From an uncultured Thiotrichaceae bacterium (GTDB taxonomy: Bacteria > Pseudomonadota > Gammaproteobacteria > SZUA-229), in the NCBI GenBank assembly GCA_964441285.1, contig CAYTUK010000001.1:225662-289661 (forward strand): DNA of 64,000 bases. Direction: 5' to 3'. The position numbers and the translations under genes were made by a program. The first letter of the stretch is position 1. Every line of letters starts with the position of its first letter. The notes below the pieces were generated by a model that saw only the letters and a list, made by a program, of their open reading frames with translations, did no database searches and was not told the DNA's origin. This document shows positions 38,627 to 47,661 of this stretch, piece after piece.

Positions 38627-39898
38627 ATGAGAATTCAATTGAATTTAAGTGTTTTGGTTATTGCTGCATGCGTTTCTATGCCCTGTTTTGCGAGCAACAA
38701 CCCATTGCGTAATAAAGTTGCAATCTGTGCAGGATGCCACGGACAAACAGGGATTGGGGTGAGCGATGCGTTTCCTAATCTTGCTGGACAGAAAAAGGCT
38801 TATCTGGAAAAACAGTTAAAGGCGTTTAAATCAGGTGACAGAAAAAACCCAACGATGAATGCGATGGCCGTATCCTTATCGGATACAGATATTGATGGCT
38901 TGACTCGCTATTTTTCCCGGCAAAGTATTTACCCGAAAAAAGTTCACCAGAAAATCCAGCAAACAAAAGCGCTTGCAACGCAACATGCCCTCGTCGATGA
39001 AGAGCATGCCAGCAAAAAAGAGTTTCCGCAAGACGTTTATATCAGCATGAAGAAAAGTGGCGTGATAGAACGTTTTCCGGCCGAGAAAATCTGGTCAGGT
39101 CGTGCGAATATGCTGTATGACGCTATCACTCCAGATGGTAAACGTGTGCTGGCCACCAGTCCGTCAGAAAACACAGTGACTGTATTCGATGTCGCCAATG
39201 GTAAACAACTGGCGGTGATACCTGTGGGTAAAGCACCCAAGGGAGTCAAGGTATCACCGGATGGAAAACAGGCTTACATTGTCAATCAGGGTTCGGCCAC
39301 AATCAGTGTGGTGAATATGCAAACATTAAAAGTGGTGCATTCCATTAAAACTAAAGCTGGACCACATAATGTACGATTTACTCGCAACGGTAAAATTGCT
39401 TATGTTACGTTACAGGGTGGTGCGGGCATTGGGGTCATTGATACGGCTAAACAGAAGATGATAAAGGTTATTCCTGTGCCAGGTATTATCGGGCCGCATA
39501 ATATTGACTTATCAAAGGATGAGAAAACCGCTTTTGTCCGTGATTTTGTACACCATGTTGCGGTGCTCGACCTAAGCACTGGTAAAGTGAAAAAAGTAAT
39601 TACCGTGGGTAATGGGCATGGTGGTATTGATGTCGCTCCCAATGGCCATTTTGTTGTAACAGGTGCAATCGGTGATGATTTTATTTCGATAATCAACACG
39701 CAAACGCTAAGAGTAACGAATATTAAAGTAGGTAATGGGCCCCATGGGGTTCGTTTCAGCAAAGATAGCCAGTGGATTTATGTGACCGTAACAAAGGATA
39801 ATGTCGTCGCAGTTATTAATGCAAAAACGATGCAGCTAGAAAAGAAAATTGCGGTGGGTAAATTTCCATTCTGGATTGCAGTTAGAGGGAACCCGTAA
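38627..39898 (+). CDS. Periplasmic monohaem cytochrome c fused to a YVTN-type beta-propeller
   Basis: ATG at 38627 follows AGGAG. Signal peptide, CAGCHG with FPNLAGQKKAYLEKQLKAFKSG, then repeated units of the type AYIVNQGSATISVVN, AYVTLQGGAGIGVID and IYVTVTKDNVVAVIN. Confidence 0.8.
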   Translation: MRIQLNLSVLVIAACVSMPCFASNNPLRNKVAICAGCHGQTGIGVSDAFPNLAGQKKAYLEKQLKAFKSGDRKNPTMNAMAVSLSDTDIDGLTRYFSRQSIYPKKVHQKIQQTKALATQHALVDEEHASKKEFPQDVYISMKKSGVIERFPAEKIWSGRANMLYDAITPDGKRVLATSPSENTVTVFDVANGKQLAVIPVGKAPKGVKVSPDGKQAYIVNQGSATISVVNMQTLKVVHSIKTKAGPHNVRFTRNGKIAYVTLQGGAGIGVIDTAKQKMIKVIPVPGIIGPHNIDLSKDEKTAFVRDFVHHVAVLDLSTGKVKKVITVGNGHGGIDVAPNGHFVVTGAIGDDFISIINTQTLRVTNIKVGNGPHGVRFSKDSQWIYVTVTKDNVVAVINAKTMQLEKKIAVGKFPFWIAVRGNP

Positions 39899-40020
39899 GC
39901 ATTAATGTATTGGTAGCTGATGATGAAAATGTTGATATCTATGGATATCCCTGGTCACCCCATAGAGCTTAAAAAATCTATGTGTGCCGGAATATTAGTG
40001 TGATACATTCACGTTATCTT

Positions 40021-40070
40021 CGGCTGAGGGTCTTGAACAATGGGTATCCTTTTCATTTGTTTCAGTAATA
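40021..40070. repeat. Partial MITE-like repeat (copy D, right half)
   Basis: cggctgagggtcttgaacaatgggtatccttttcatttgtttcagtaata. It ends 10 nt before the ydbH ATG. Confidence 0.75.
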
Positions 40071-40080
40071 ACTATCTACA

Positions 40081-42411
40081 ATGAAAATTTTAAAGTGGTT
40101 ATCGGTGTGGTCTGGACTGCTGGCAATAACCGCATCAGCGGGCTGGTTTTACCGTACTGAAATTATACAGGTTTCATTCCCTGTGTTGTTAACCGAAACA
40201 TTACAACAGATGGGTGTCAGGAATTTTCATATGGAGTTGAAAAATATTAATGCGCAATATGCCATGCTTGCATCGCTAACTTTTGATGTTGTTACAAAAA
40301 AAGAAGGGCGAATAGAACAGGTTTACCATATAAAACTCAAGGACATTCTGCTTCAATATACACCGCAGACTATGTTAGAAGGCAGGCTAAAAAATATAGT
40401 AATAAAAAATATGCAAATAACAGTAGTGGATAATAATGCCCGTACATTGCAGAAAAAAAGACAAAACCAAGATACGACAATAGCCGATATTATTGTTGCT
40501 GGAATTACCGAGTTGCGCAGTGACTGGCGTGAAAAAATCCCATTTAAGTCGGTAAAAATTGATGCATTAAAGGTGCATGGTAAGGTATTTAATGCATTGA
40601 ATAACAATGTGTTCAGCATTAACTTGAAAAAATTAAAAGGCAGTGCTGGTAATATGGATCTGTCATTGCAGATACTGAGCCCATCCCTGGCAGAAAAATT
40701 AAGCATTAATTTCGATAAAAAAAATACAATAAATATCCGTCTGGACGGGGCGAAAACAGCCTGGTTTAATATAGAACTGACGGATAAAAAAGTTAAAGTG
40801 GATTATCAAATTGATATTGTGCGGTTTCAGCGCCTGTTGAATAAATTGGGTTTAACAAACAATATTAATCAGTTTGTTGTGATAACCGATAAAGTTAGTC
40901 GGAGCGGCGTTATTGCTATACAGCCTGTTAGTGGGGTCGCTATTATTGCTTTAAATACTCTTATTTCAGTTCCGCATAAAAAATCGCCAGCGCGAAAGAT
41001 ACTGTCTCTTTTAAAACTAAAAACTGGCCTGATAAAAACAGATACGGTAGAGTTAAAAAATGTTGAAACTGGGCTCCTGTTTAATTATTCATTAACACAC
41101 AATGGACTGATTCTGACCATTAATCATGGTAGCTTTATTCGTTATAACAGCCTTAAAATCGCCAGCACTATGGTTAAAAATATGGATATAAATTTACAGG
41201 CTAAATTAGTTATTAACCACACGATTAACCATCAGCTACGCTGGGCTATGAATGGTGATCTACTTACTAAAACGCTCCATATATCTCAGTCACTGGCAGA
41301 TAATAGAAATATTAATGCGGCAATTAAAAACATCGCGGTAGTTATTAATGCGACTAATAAACACATTGATTTTAATGGTCGGTTTGACGCTTCATCTATA
41401 CCGGCACAATTCGTTTATAAAGGTCAGTATAAGCTAAGAAACAAGAATGGAAAGTTACAGATCCAATCGGATAAAGTCATCAACTTGTCCATGAACAATA
41501 CTCGTCTGAGCCAGATTATCTCACCCTGGCCGTATCCGTTTGATCTGGTTAGTGGGAAAATACGCATACAAGCCAATATGTCATGGGCGAGAACTAAAGC
41601 GTTTAAATTATCGACAACGGTGCAACTGATCGATGCCGGTGGCATGTATAATAAACTGGTATTTTCAGGATTAAATACGGAACAAAACCTGGATATTTTT
41701 CCCATTCTGGAGACGCAGAAATCAACTAAGGGAAACCCTGATAGCAATATGGGTTTAATTCATGTTCATCACCTTGATATGGGTGTTCTGATTAGTAATC
41801 TACATTTGCAACTGTTTTTACAGGGGGCAAAGAAATCTGCCTTACCTGTTTTTAACATCCGTAATTTTGTCGGACATTTGTTTGGTGGTAAAATTTTCAG
41901 TAAAAAAATCACGTTTGATTTTAGTCGGCCAGTTAATTATTTAAAGTTTGATGTCAGTGATATAAATTTAGCCAAAATGGTTAAGGTGAAACAATCTTCA
42001 GGCCTGGATGTTTCTGGCTTGATTGATGGTGAACTACCGATTGGAGTTAGCGCGGAAGGTCTCTTTATTAAACATGGGTATTTTGATAATGCAGGCAGGA
42101 AAGGGTATATTCGTTACCAGTCAAAAGCGAGTGGCAGAACTGTTCCCACTAACTCTTTATCAACTATAGTTTTAAAAGCATTGCAGGATTTTGAATATAA
42201 TAAGCTGACTGCGAACTTAACCTATATGCCTGATGGGGCTTTAAGTGTTAAGCTAAAAATGCGGGGTATAAGTCCTGCACTCGGCAAAAAACAGCGGGTA
42301 GAGCTGAATATTAATACCGAGCAAAATGTGAAAGTTTTACTTAAAAGTCTCCGCTATACGCAAGGGCTGGATGAAAAAATTGACGCAATAGTAAGGAGAA
42401 AATATCATTAA
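40081..42411 (+). CDS. ydbH: YdbH-like AsmA-family protein (large periplasm-spanning protein)
   Basis: 776-aa ORF with an N-terminal TM anchor and repetitive beta-rich sequence. Followed by ynbE and ydbL in the conserved order. Confidence 0.8.
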   Translation: MKILKWLSVWSGLLAITASAGWFYRTEIIQVSFPVLLTETLQQMGVRNFHMELKNINAQYAMLASLTFDVVTKKEGRIEQVYHIKLKDILLQYTPQTMLEGRLKNIVIKNMQITVVDNNARTLQKKRQNQDTTIADIIVAGITELRSDWREKIPFKSVKIDALKVHGKVFNALNNNVFSINLKKLKGSAGNMDLSLQILSPSLAEKLSINFDKKNTINIRLDGAKTAWFNIELTDKKVKVDYQIDIVRFQRLLNKLGLTNNINQFVVITDKVSRSGVIAIQPVSGVAIIALNTLISVPHKKSPARKILSLLKLKTGLIKTDTVELKNVETGLLFNYSLTHNGLILTINHGSFIRYNSLKIASTMVKNMDINLQAKLVINHTINHQLRWAMNGDLLTKTLHISQSLADNRNINAAIKNIAVVINATNKHIDFNGRFDASSIPAQFVYKGQYKLRNKNGKLQIQSDKVINLSMNNTRLSQIISPWPYPFDLVSGKIRIQANMSWARTKAFKLSTTVQLIDAGGMYNKLVFSGLNTEQNLDIFPILETQKSTKGNPDSNMGLIHVHHLDMGVLISNLHLQLFLQGAKKSALPVFNIRNFVGHLFGGKIFSKKITFDFSRPVNYLKFDVSDINLAKMVKVKQSSGLDVSGLIDGELPIGVSAEGLFIKHGYFDNAGRKGYIRYQSKASGRTVPTNSLSTIVLKALQDFEYNKLTANLTYMPDGALSVKLKMRGISPALGKKQRVELNINTEQNVKVLLKSLRYTQGLDEKIDAIVRRKYH

Positions 42412-42450
42412 ACAGAGAAGCATTAGTAGTCCTTATCGCGAGTGGAAATC

Positions 42451-42660
42451 ATGAATATGAAATCGTCTATAAAAGCTTTTGTGCTGTTATTTTATCTGCT
42501 GGGCTTATGCTCGCTTCTATCCTGTTCGCCAGTGATTAAAGTAGAGGCACCGGATAAACCCATAACAATTAATCTTAATATTAAAATTCAACATGAAATT
42601 CGGGTGAAAGTGGATAAGGATCTTAATGGTGTATTCAGCAATAATAAGGGGTTGTTCTAA
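42451..42660 (+). CDS. ynbE: YnbE-family lipoprotein
   Basis: Lipobox LLSC, then PVIKVEAPDKPITINLNIKIQHEIRVKVDKD, close to E. coli YnbE as I recall it. The start could be the ATG at 42451 or 42457. Confidence 0.85.
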   Translation: MNMKSSIKAFVLLFYLLGLCSLLSCSPVIKVEAPDKPITINLNIKIQHEIRVKVDKDLNGVFSNNKGLF

Positions 42661-42998
42661 TGAAAAAACTTAACAGATATTTTATTTTACCTTTCATTTC
42701 GCTATCTTTATTTCTGTTTTCCAGTTATGTTTTTGCGCTCAACTTGCAAGCAGCTAAACAGCAGGGTCTGGTTGGTGAAACAGCCAGTGGTTATCTGGAG
42801 ACAGTGAGTACGGCTAATGCTGAAGTCAATACACTAATCTCCGATGTAAATAACCGACGTAAGCAGATGTATCAGAAAATCGCCAGGCGTAATGGTATAA
42901 CACTGAATGTGGTTGAACATCTGGCTGGTAAGAAAGCCATTAAGATGTCACAATCAGGCAACTATATTAAACCTGCTGGTAGATGGCGAAAGAAATAG
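42660..42998 (+). CDS. ydbL: YdbL-family periplasmic protein (DUF1318)
   Basis: 112-aa ORF with a signal peptide and LQAAKQQGLVGETASGYLE...NNRRKQMYQKIARRNG. Confidence 0.85.
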   Translation: MKKLNRYFILPFISLSLFLFSSYVFALNLQAAKQQGLVGETASGYLETVSTANAEVNTLISDVNNRRKQMYQKIARRNGITLNVVEHLAGKKAIKMSQSGNYIKPAGRWRKK

Positions 42999-43087
42999 CT
43001 GTCAGCTTACGGTGCGAATAAAAGCTGGGGCAGTGACATAGAATTATTTATCTCTCGTGTTTTTCAATACTGGGTGAGCCTGAATAA

Positions 43088-44266
43088 ATGTATGACTATA
43101 ACTGGCTTAACCTCCATTCATCCAATGGTTTTAATATGAATTTTTCTTATCAGCCGACTTTACGCTTCCCTTTATTGCGCAATCCAGTGTCCAGGTATTT
43201 GTGGATTATCGTTACCCTGATTACCCTTGTTTTTGCCGTAGAAAATGCCGAAGCAACACCAGAGCGAGTCCTTAAAGTGAGTGCCGTACCTGTTACTGTT
43301 ATTGATGTAACAACCGGTGATATAAAATCAGTAACCACCGTGCAGGGCATTATTGAGAGCAAAAATACGCCGCATGTTTCATCAATGGTAGCGGCTGAGG
43401 TTGTGCAGGTTGATGTTAATGAAGGCGATACGGTTGTTGTAGGGCAAGTGCTGGCATTAATGGATGGTACCCGTTTTCGGCTGGAAAAAACGGCGGCAGA
43501 GGCGAATGTTGAGCGTTTACAGGCCCTGCTGGAAAATCAGAAGTTATTTTTAAAGCGCGATCAGTCATTGTTTAAACAGAAGACAATCCCTGTTTCAAAA
43601 CTGGATACATCAATGAGTGCAGTCAGGCAAACTCATGCTCAGATCAGGCTGGCGCAGGCACGGCTTAAAATCGCGAATTATGCATTGTCACACACGCGTA
43701 TAGTTGCGCCGATTTCGGGGATAATACAAACACGCTCGGTATCAAAAGGGGATTATATTAATCCCATGTCGCCGTCAGGCAAACCTTTATTTCAAATTGT
43801 TGATACCCGCCATTTACGGGCGCGGCTATATTTTCCTGAAACTCTGGCCGAAGTAATTAAACTGGGAATGTCAGTGACTTTAAATAAGGGTACGGACAGA
43901 CTCAGAGCAAAAATCACTCGTATTCGACCTATGCTGGAGCGGCAGAGCTTGTCACTCGATGCGTTGGCTGAATTTGATAACAGTCAACACTGGAAACCTG
44001 GTGAGTCAATTACCGCCAACGTGGTGCTGGCACAGCATAACAATGTCGTCATTATCCCTGTGGCTGCGCTAGTTCAGCGTCCAGCCGGTAATGTGGTGTA
44101 TCAGCTGAAGAATGGAAAAGCCAAAGAAAAGCCGGTGGTCACGGGCATCAGACAGGGTGATAAGGTTGAAATTATATCCGGCCTTAACGCAGGCGCGCGC
44201 ATTGCTCTTGATGGTGCCGCCTACCTCAGCAATGGTGTGCGTGTGCAAATTAAGAGTCAGCAATAA
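43088..44266 (+). CDS. RND efflux periplasmic adaptor (membrane fusion protein)
   Basis: 392-aa ORF (alternative start 43136) with a TM anchor, lipoyl-like hairpin, coiled coil and IVAPISGII. The stop abuts the RND gene start. Confidence 0.85.
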   Translation: MYDYNWLNLHSSNGFNMNFSYQPTLRFPLLRNPVSRYLWIIVTLITLVFAVENAEATPERVLKVSAVPVTVIDVTTGDIKSVTTVQGIIESKNTPHVSSMVAAEVVQVDVNEGDTVVVGQVLALMDGTRFRLEKTAAEANVERLQALLENQKLFLKRDQSLFKQKTIPVSKLDTSMSAVRQTHAQIRLAQARLKIANYALSHTRIVAPISGIIQTRSVSKGDYINPMSPSGKPLFQIVDTRHLRARLYFPETLAEVIKLGMSVTLNKGTDRLRAKITRIRPMLERQSLSLDALAEFDNSQHWKPGESITANVVLAQHNNVVIIPVAALVQRPAGNVVYQLKNGKAKEKPVVTGIRQGDKVEIISGLNAGARIALDGAAYLSNGVRVQIKSQQ

Positions 44267-47200
44267 TGAATTTACCTGCACTGTCGATCAAACAGTATGT
44301 TCTGACAACAATGTTAAGTCTGGTGCTGGTTCTGTTCGGTGTCATCAGTTATCAGCGTATTGGTGTTGACCGCCTGCCGAAAATTGATTTCCCCATGCTA
44401 TCCGTGGCTACGATTTTGCCGGGTGCAGACCCAGATGTGATTGATGCATCGGTGACGAATGTGGTCGAGTCGGCGGTTAACAGCGTTTCGGGTATCGAAA
44501 GTATTCAGTCATCCTCCCTTTCTGGTATGTCGGTGGTGATTATACAGTTTGAGCTGAAAAAAAATATTAACACGGCCTTTAATGAGGTGCAGGCGAAACT
44601 TAATGAAGTTTTACAGCAACTTCCGACGGATGCAAGAACACCCGTACTAAAAAAGGTTGAGGCTGGTTCTCAACCGATTATGTGGCTAGCACTACAGGGG
44701 AACAATACCCTGCAACAGTTAAATGTTTATGCCAGAAATGTGATTAAAAAACGCCTCGAAACGATCAGTGGGGTGGGTGATGTAGTCATTGCGGGGGAGC
44801 GTAAACGCACCATTCGTATCAATCTGAGTATAGATAAAATGGCTGCGCTGGGCATTACTGTGGGTCAGGTGATACAGGCGTTTGGTCTGGAACACATAAA
44901 ATTACCAGGTGGTTTTATTACCAGTGTAAAACGCGAGCGTGAACTCAAACTGGACCTTGAGTATCACCATGTTAAGAATCTTGGCAAGCTGATTGTAGGC
45001 TACCACAGGCATATCCCTGTTTATCTGAATGAAATCAGCCAGATTAAAGACGGGCTGGAAGATTTTCGGCGATTTGCCAGTTATAACGGTAAACCGGCAG
45101 TAGGGTTGGGGCTGGTTAAAATTTCTGGGAGCAATACAGTTGCCATTATTAATGAAGCCAAAGAACGCTTGCGCACAGAAATTTTGCCACAGTTACCACC
45201 GAGTATGCAGCTCCATACAGTGGTGGATGATGCCAGCCTGATTACGGCTATTATTGATGGATTAAAGTCGCATCTATTTGAAGGCACATTGCTGGCGGCA
45301 TTGGTGGTCTGGCTATTTTTGCGTAATCTACGCTCGACGTTAATTATTGCTACTGCCATTCCAGTATCACTGCTCGGTGCCATTGCAGGCATTTATTTTG
45401 CTGGCTATACCTTTAATACTATGACCATGTTAGGCCTGCTGTTACTGATTGGGGTGGTGGTTGATGATGCCATTGTGGTGCTGGAAAATATATTTCGGCA
45501 TATGGAGGAAGACCCTGCCACGCCAGTCAGTGTATTAGCGGAAAAGGGCACTTTACAGGTGATGTTTGCGGTGGTGGCATCGACTGCAACGCTGCTTTCG
45601 TTATTTGGCGCAGTGGTGTTTATGGGCGGCATTATCGGGCGTTTTATTAGCTCTTTTGCGGTAGTTGTGGTGATTGGTGTGATCATTTCCCTGTTTGTTT
45701 CACTGACCTTGACCCCCATGTTGTGTGCCCGCTTTCTGCGTGTGCGACAAACTCATGGCCATTTTTATCGTCTGCTTGGCTCGGCTTTTCAGGCGCTGGA
45801 CAGGGGATATAAGAATATTCTCCATTTTGCTATTGGTCAGCGTCTGCTTATTCTTATTCTTGCCGCGCTGGTAGTGTACAGCAGTGGCTGGTTTATGGGG
45901 CAATTGGGTAAAGGTTTTATGCCGAATGAGGACGAAGGTCGATTTATTGTTTCTTTTAAGACTCCACTGGGTTCCAGTATCTATTATACTCGAGATCGAA
46001 TGCAGCAGGCAGAAAAAATTCTCCGGCAGAACACCAATATACGTGGTCTATTCAGTACCATCGGCACCGGTGACCGCGGTCAGGTAAATCAGGGGCAGAT
46101 CTATGTTAGCCTGATACCACGCGAACAACGTAAAGATAATCAGGTTGAAATTATTGAGCAGGTAAGACGTGAGCTGGCTCCAGTGCCGGGGATTAAAGCG
46201 TTTGCAGCACCAGTGCCGATTGTTGGCGGGCAGCGTGGTGAACCCTTGCAATTTGTGCTTAAAGGGCCAAATTTGAGCAAAGTCGCCGAGTTGTCAGCAA
46301 AGCTGGCGAAGAAACTGCAGCAGATTCCTCAGATCGGTAAACTCGATACTGATTTAGAGCTTAATATGCCACAAACGGTGCTTAGTGTTGATCGTGCAAA
46401 AGCTTACAGCGTTGGGCTGGATACACGTACCATTGCCAATACGCTACGCGTGCTGGTTGGTGGTTTTGATGTAGCCAAATACAACGATGATCCAGGTGAT
46501 GGCGAGCGCTACGATATTCGGCTTAAAACGGGTTCAGGGCTGCACCATGCCTATGATCTAAAGAAAATTTACCTGCGTAGCCGTAATGGCAACCTGGTGC
46601 GACTGGATACGGTGGCGAAATTGACATCAAAACTGGGTCCGGCAGTGATTGGTCGCTACAAACTACAGTACGCCGCAACTTTCTTCGACACCCCAACGAT
46701 TGCTGAAGGTGATGCCGCTGAAATTGTTCTAAAGGTTGCCAAAACGATGTTACCAACAGGGTATCAAATAGAGCTTATCGGGCGTGCTAAAGCCTTTAGT
46801 AAAACGGTGGGTTATGTGATGTTTGCGATTGTTACCGGCCTGATTCTGGTTTACATGACACTGGCCAGTCAGTTCAATTCATTTATCCAGCCGCTGATTG
46901 TGATGGTGGCGCAACCGCTCGCTGTTATTGGGGGAGTGTTTGGGCTCTGGCTGGCGAACGAATCATTGAATATTTATTCAATGATCGGTATGGTGTTGCT
47001 GATCGGCCTGGTGGCGAAAAACTCTATCTTGCTGATTGACCTGACCAACAAGCTTCGTGCACAGGGTCAAAGCGTGAATGGTGCATTACTGGAGGCCTGC
47101 CCCATAAGAATGCGGCCTATATTAATGACCTCACTCACTATTATTATTTCTATGTTGCCTGCTGCAATGGGGGTGGGTGCTGGGTCAGACACGAATGCAC

Positions 47201-47346
47201 CGCTGGCAGTGGCAGTTATTGGCGGTATGATTAGTTCTACCTTACTTACATTAGTGGTTGTTCCAGTAGTTTACTCGTTGGTTGAAAATGGACAGCTTCA
47301 TCTCAGCCGCTGGCTGCAACATCGTTTTCCTGAGAATAATGGCTAG
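44266..47346 (+). CDS. RND-family efflux permease (AcrB/HAE-like)
   Basis: 1026-aa ORF with 12 TM helices and two large periplasmic loops. LGLLLLIGVVVDDAIVVLENI and LLIGLVAKNSILLID. Confidence 0.92.
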   Translation: MNLPALSIKQYVLTTMLSLVLVLFGVISYQRIGVDRLPKIDFPMLSVATILPGADPDVIDASVTNVVESAVNSVSGIESIQSSSLSGMSVVIIQFELKKNINTAFNEVQAKLNEVLQQLPTDARTPVLKKVEAGSQPIMWLALQGNNTLQQLNVYARNVIKKRLETISGVGDVVIAGERKRTIRINLSIDKMAALGITVGQVIQAFGLEHIKLPGGFITSVKRERELKLDLEYHHVKNLGKLIVGYHRHIPVYLNEISQIKDGLEDFRRFASYNGKPAVGLGLVKISGSNTVAIINEAKERLRTEILPQLPPSMQLHTVVDDASLITAIIDGLKSHLFEGTLLAALVVWLFLRNLRSTLIIATAIPVSLLGAIAGIYFAGYTFNTMTMLGLLLLIGVVVDDAIVVLENIFRHMEEDPATPVSVLAEKGTLQVMFAVVASTATLLSLFGAVVFMGGIIGRFISSFAVVVVIGVIISLFVSLTLTPMLCARFLRVRQTHGHFYRLLGSAFQALDRGYKNILHFAIGQRLLILILAALVVYSSGWFMGQLGKGFMPNEDEGRFIVSFKTPLGSSIYYTRDRMQQAEKILRQNTNIRGLFSTIGTGDRGQVNQGQIYVSLIPREQRKDNQVEIIEQVRRELAPVPGIKAFAAPVPIVGGQRGEPLQFVLKGPNLSKVAELSAKLAKKLQQIPQIGKLDTDLELNMPQTVLSVDRAKAYSVGLDTRTIANTLRVLVGGFDVAKYNDDPGDGERYDIRLKTGSGLHHAYDLKKIYLRSRNGNLVRLDTVAKLTSKLGPAVIGRYKLQYAATFFDTPTIAEGDAAEIVLKVAKTMLPTGYQIELIGRAKAFSKTVGYVMFAIVTGLILVYMTLASQFNSFIQPLIVMVAQPLAVIGGVFGLWLANESLNIYSMIGMVLLIGLVAKNSILLIDLTNKLRAQGQSVNGALLEACPIRMRPILMTSLTIIISMLPAAMGVGAGSDTNAPLAVAVIGGMISSTLLTLVVVPVVYSLVENGQLHLSRWLQHRFPENNG

Positions 47347-47403
47347 TCGATCCTGAAAAATTCCAGACCACTGGAACTAAAAATAAAACCATCAGAACCG
47401 TCG

Positions 47404-47441
47404 CAAACTTAACAACTATGGACTTTCTATCCATAGTTGTT
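47404..47441. terminator. Residual hairpin (12-bp stem, 7-nt loop) of what was a 19-bp-stem bidirectional terminator-like structure, interrupted by repeat copy C
   Basis: aacaactatgga (47411-47422) pairs with tccatagttgtt (47430-47441). The outer 7 bp, caaactt (47404-47410), find their partner aagtttg only at 47574-47580, beyond the inserted element. Confidence 0.5.
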
Positions 47442-47568
47442 GTTACTGAAATGAATGAAAAGGCTACCCATTGTTAAAGACACGCGGTGAATATATCCCT
47501 GTCGATTTGACACCCGCATCCCTGCGGCTGACGGTCTTGAACAATGGGTCGCTTTTTCATCCGTAGCA
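47442..47568. mobile_element. MITE-like repeat, full copy C (127 bp), flanked by a 5-bp direct duplication TTGTT
   Basis: gttactgaaatgaatgaaaaggctacccattgttaaagacacgcgg...cccgcatccctgcggctgacggtcttgaacaatgggtcgctttttcatccgtagca. TTGTT is present at 47437-47441 and 47569-47573. Removing the element and one TTGTT restores a perfect 19-bp stem. Confidence 0.8.
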
Positions 47569-47661
47569 TTGTTAAGTTTGGCCTGGAGTGGATGTTTCAG
47601 AGTCGACTAAATAACAAGTTTCTAGAATGTTATGATAAAATTTTTCGTTTAATCAGATGCT

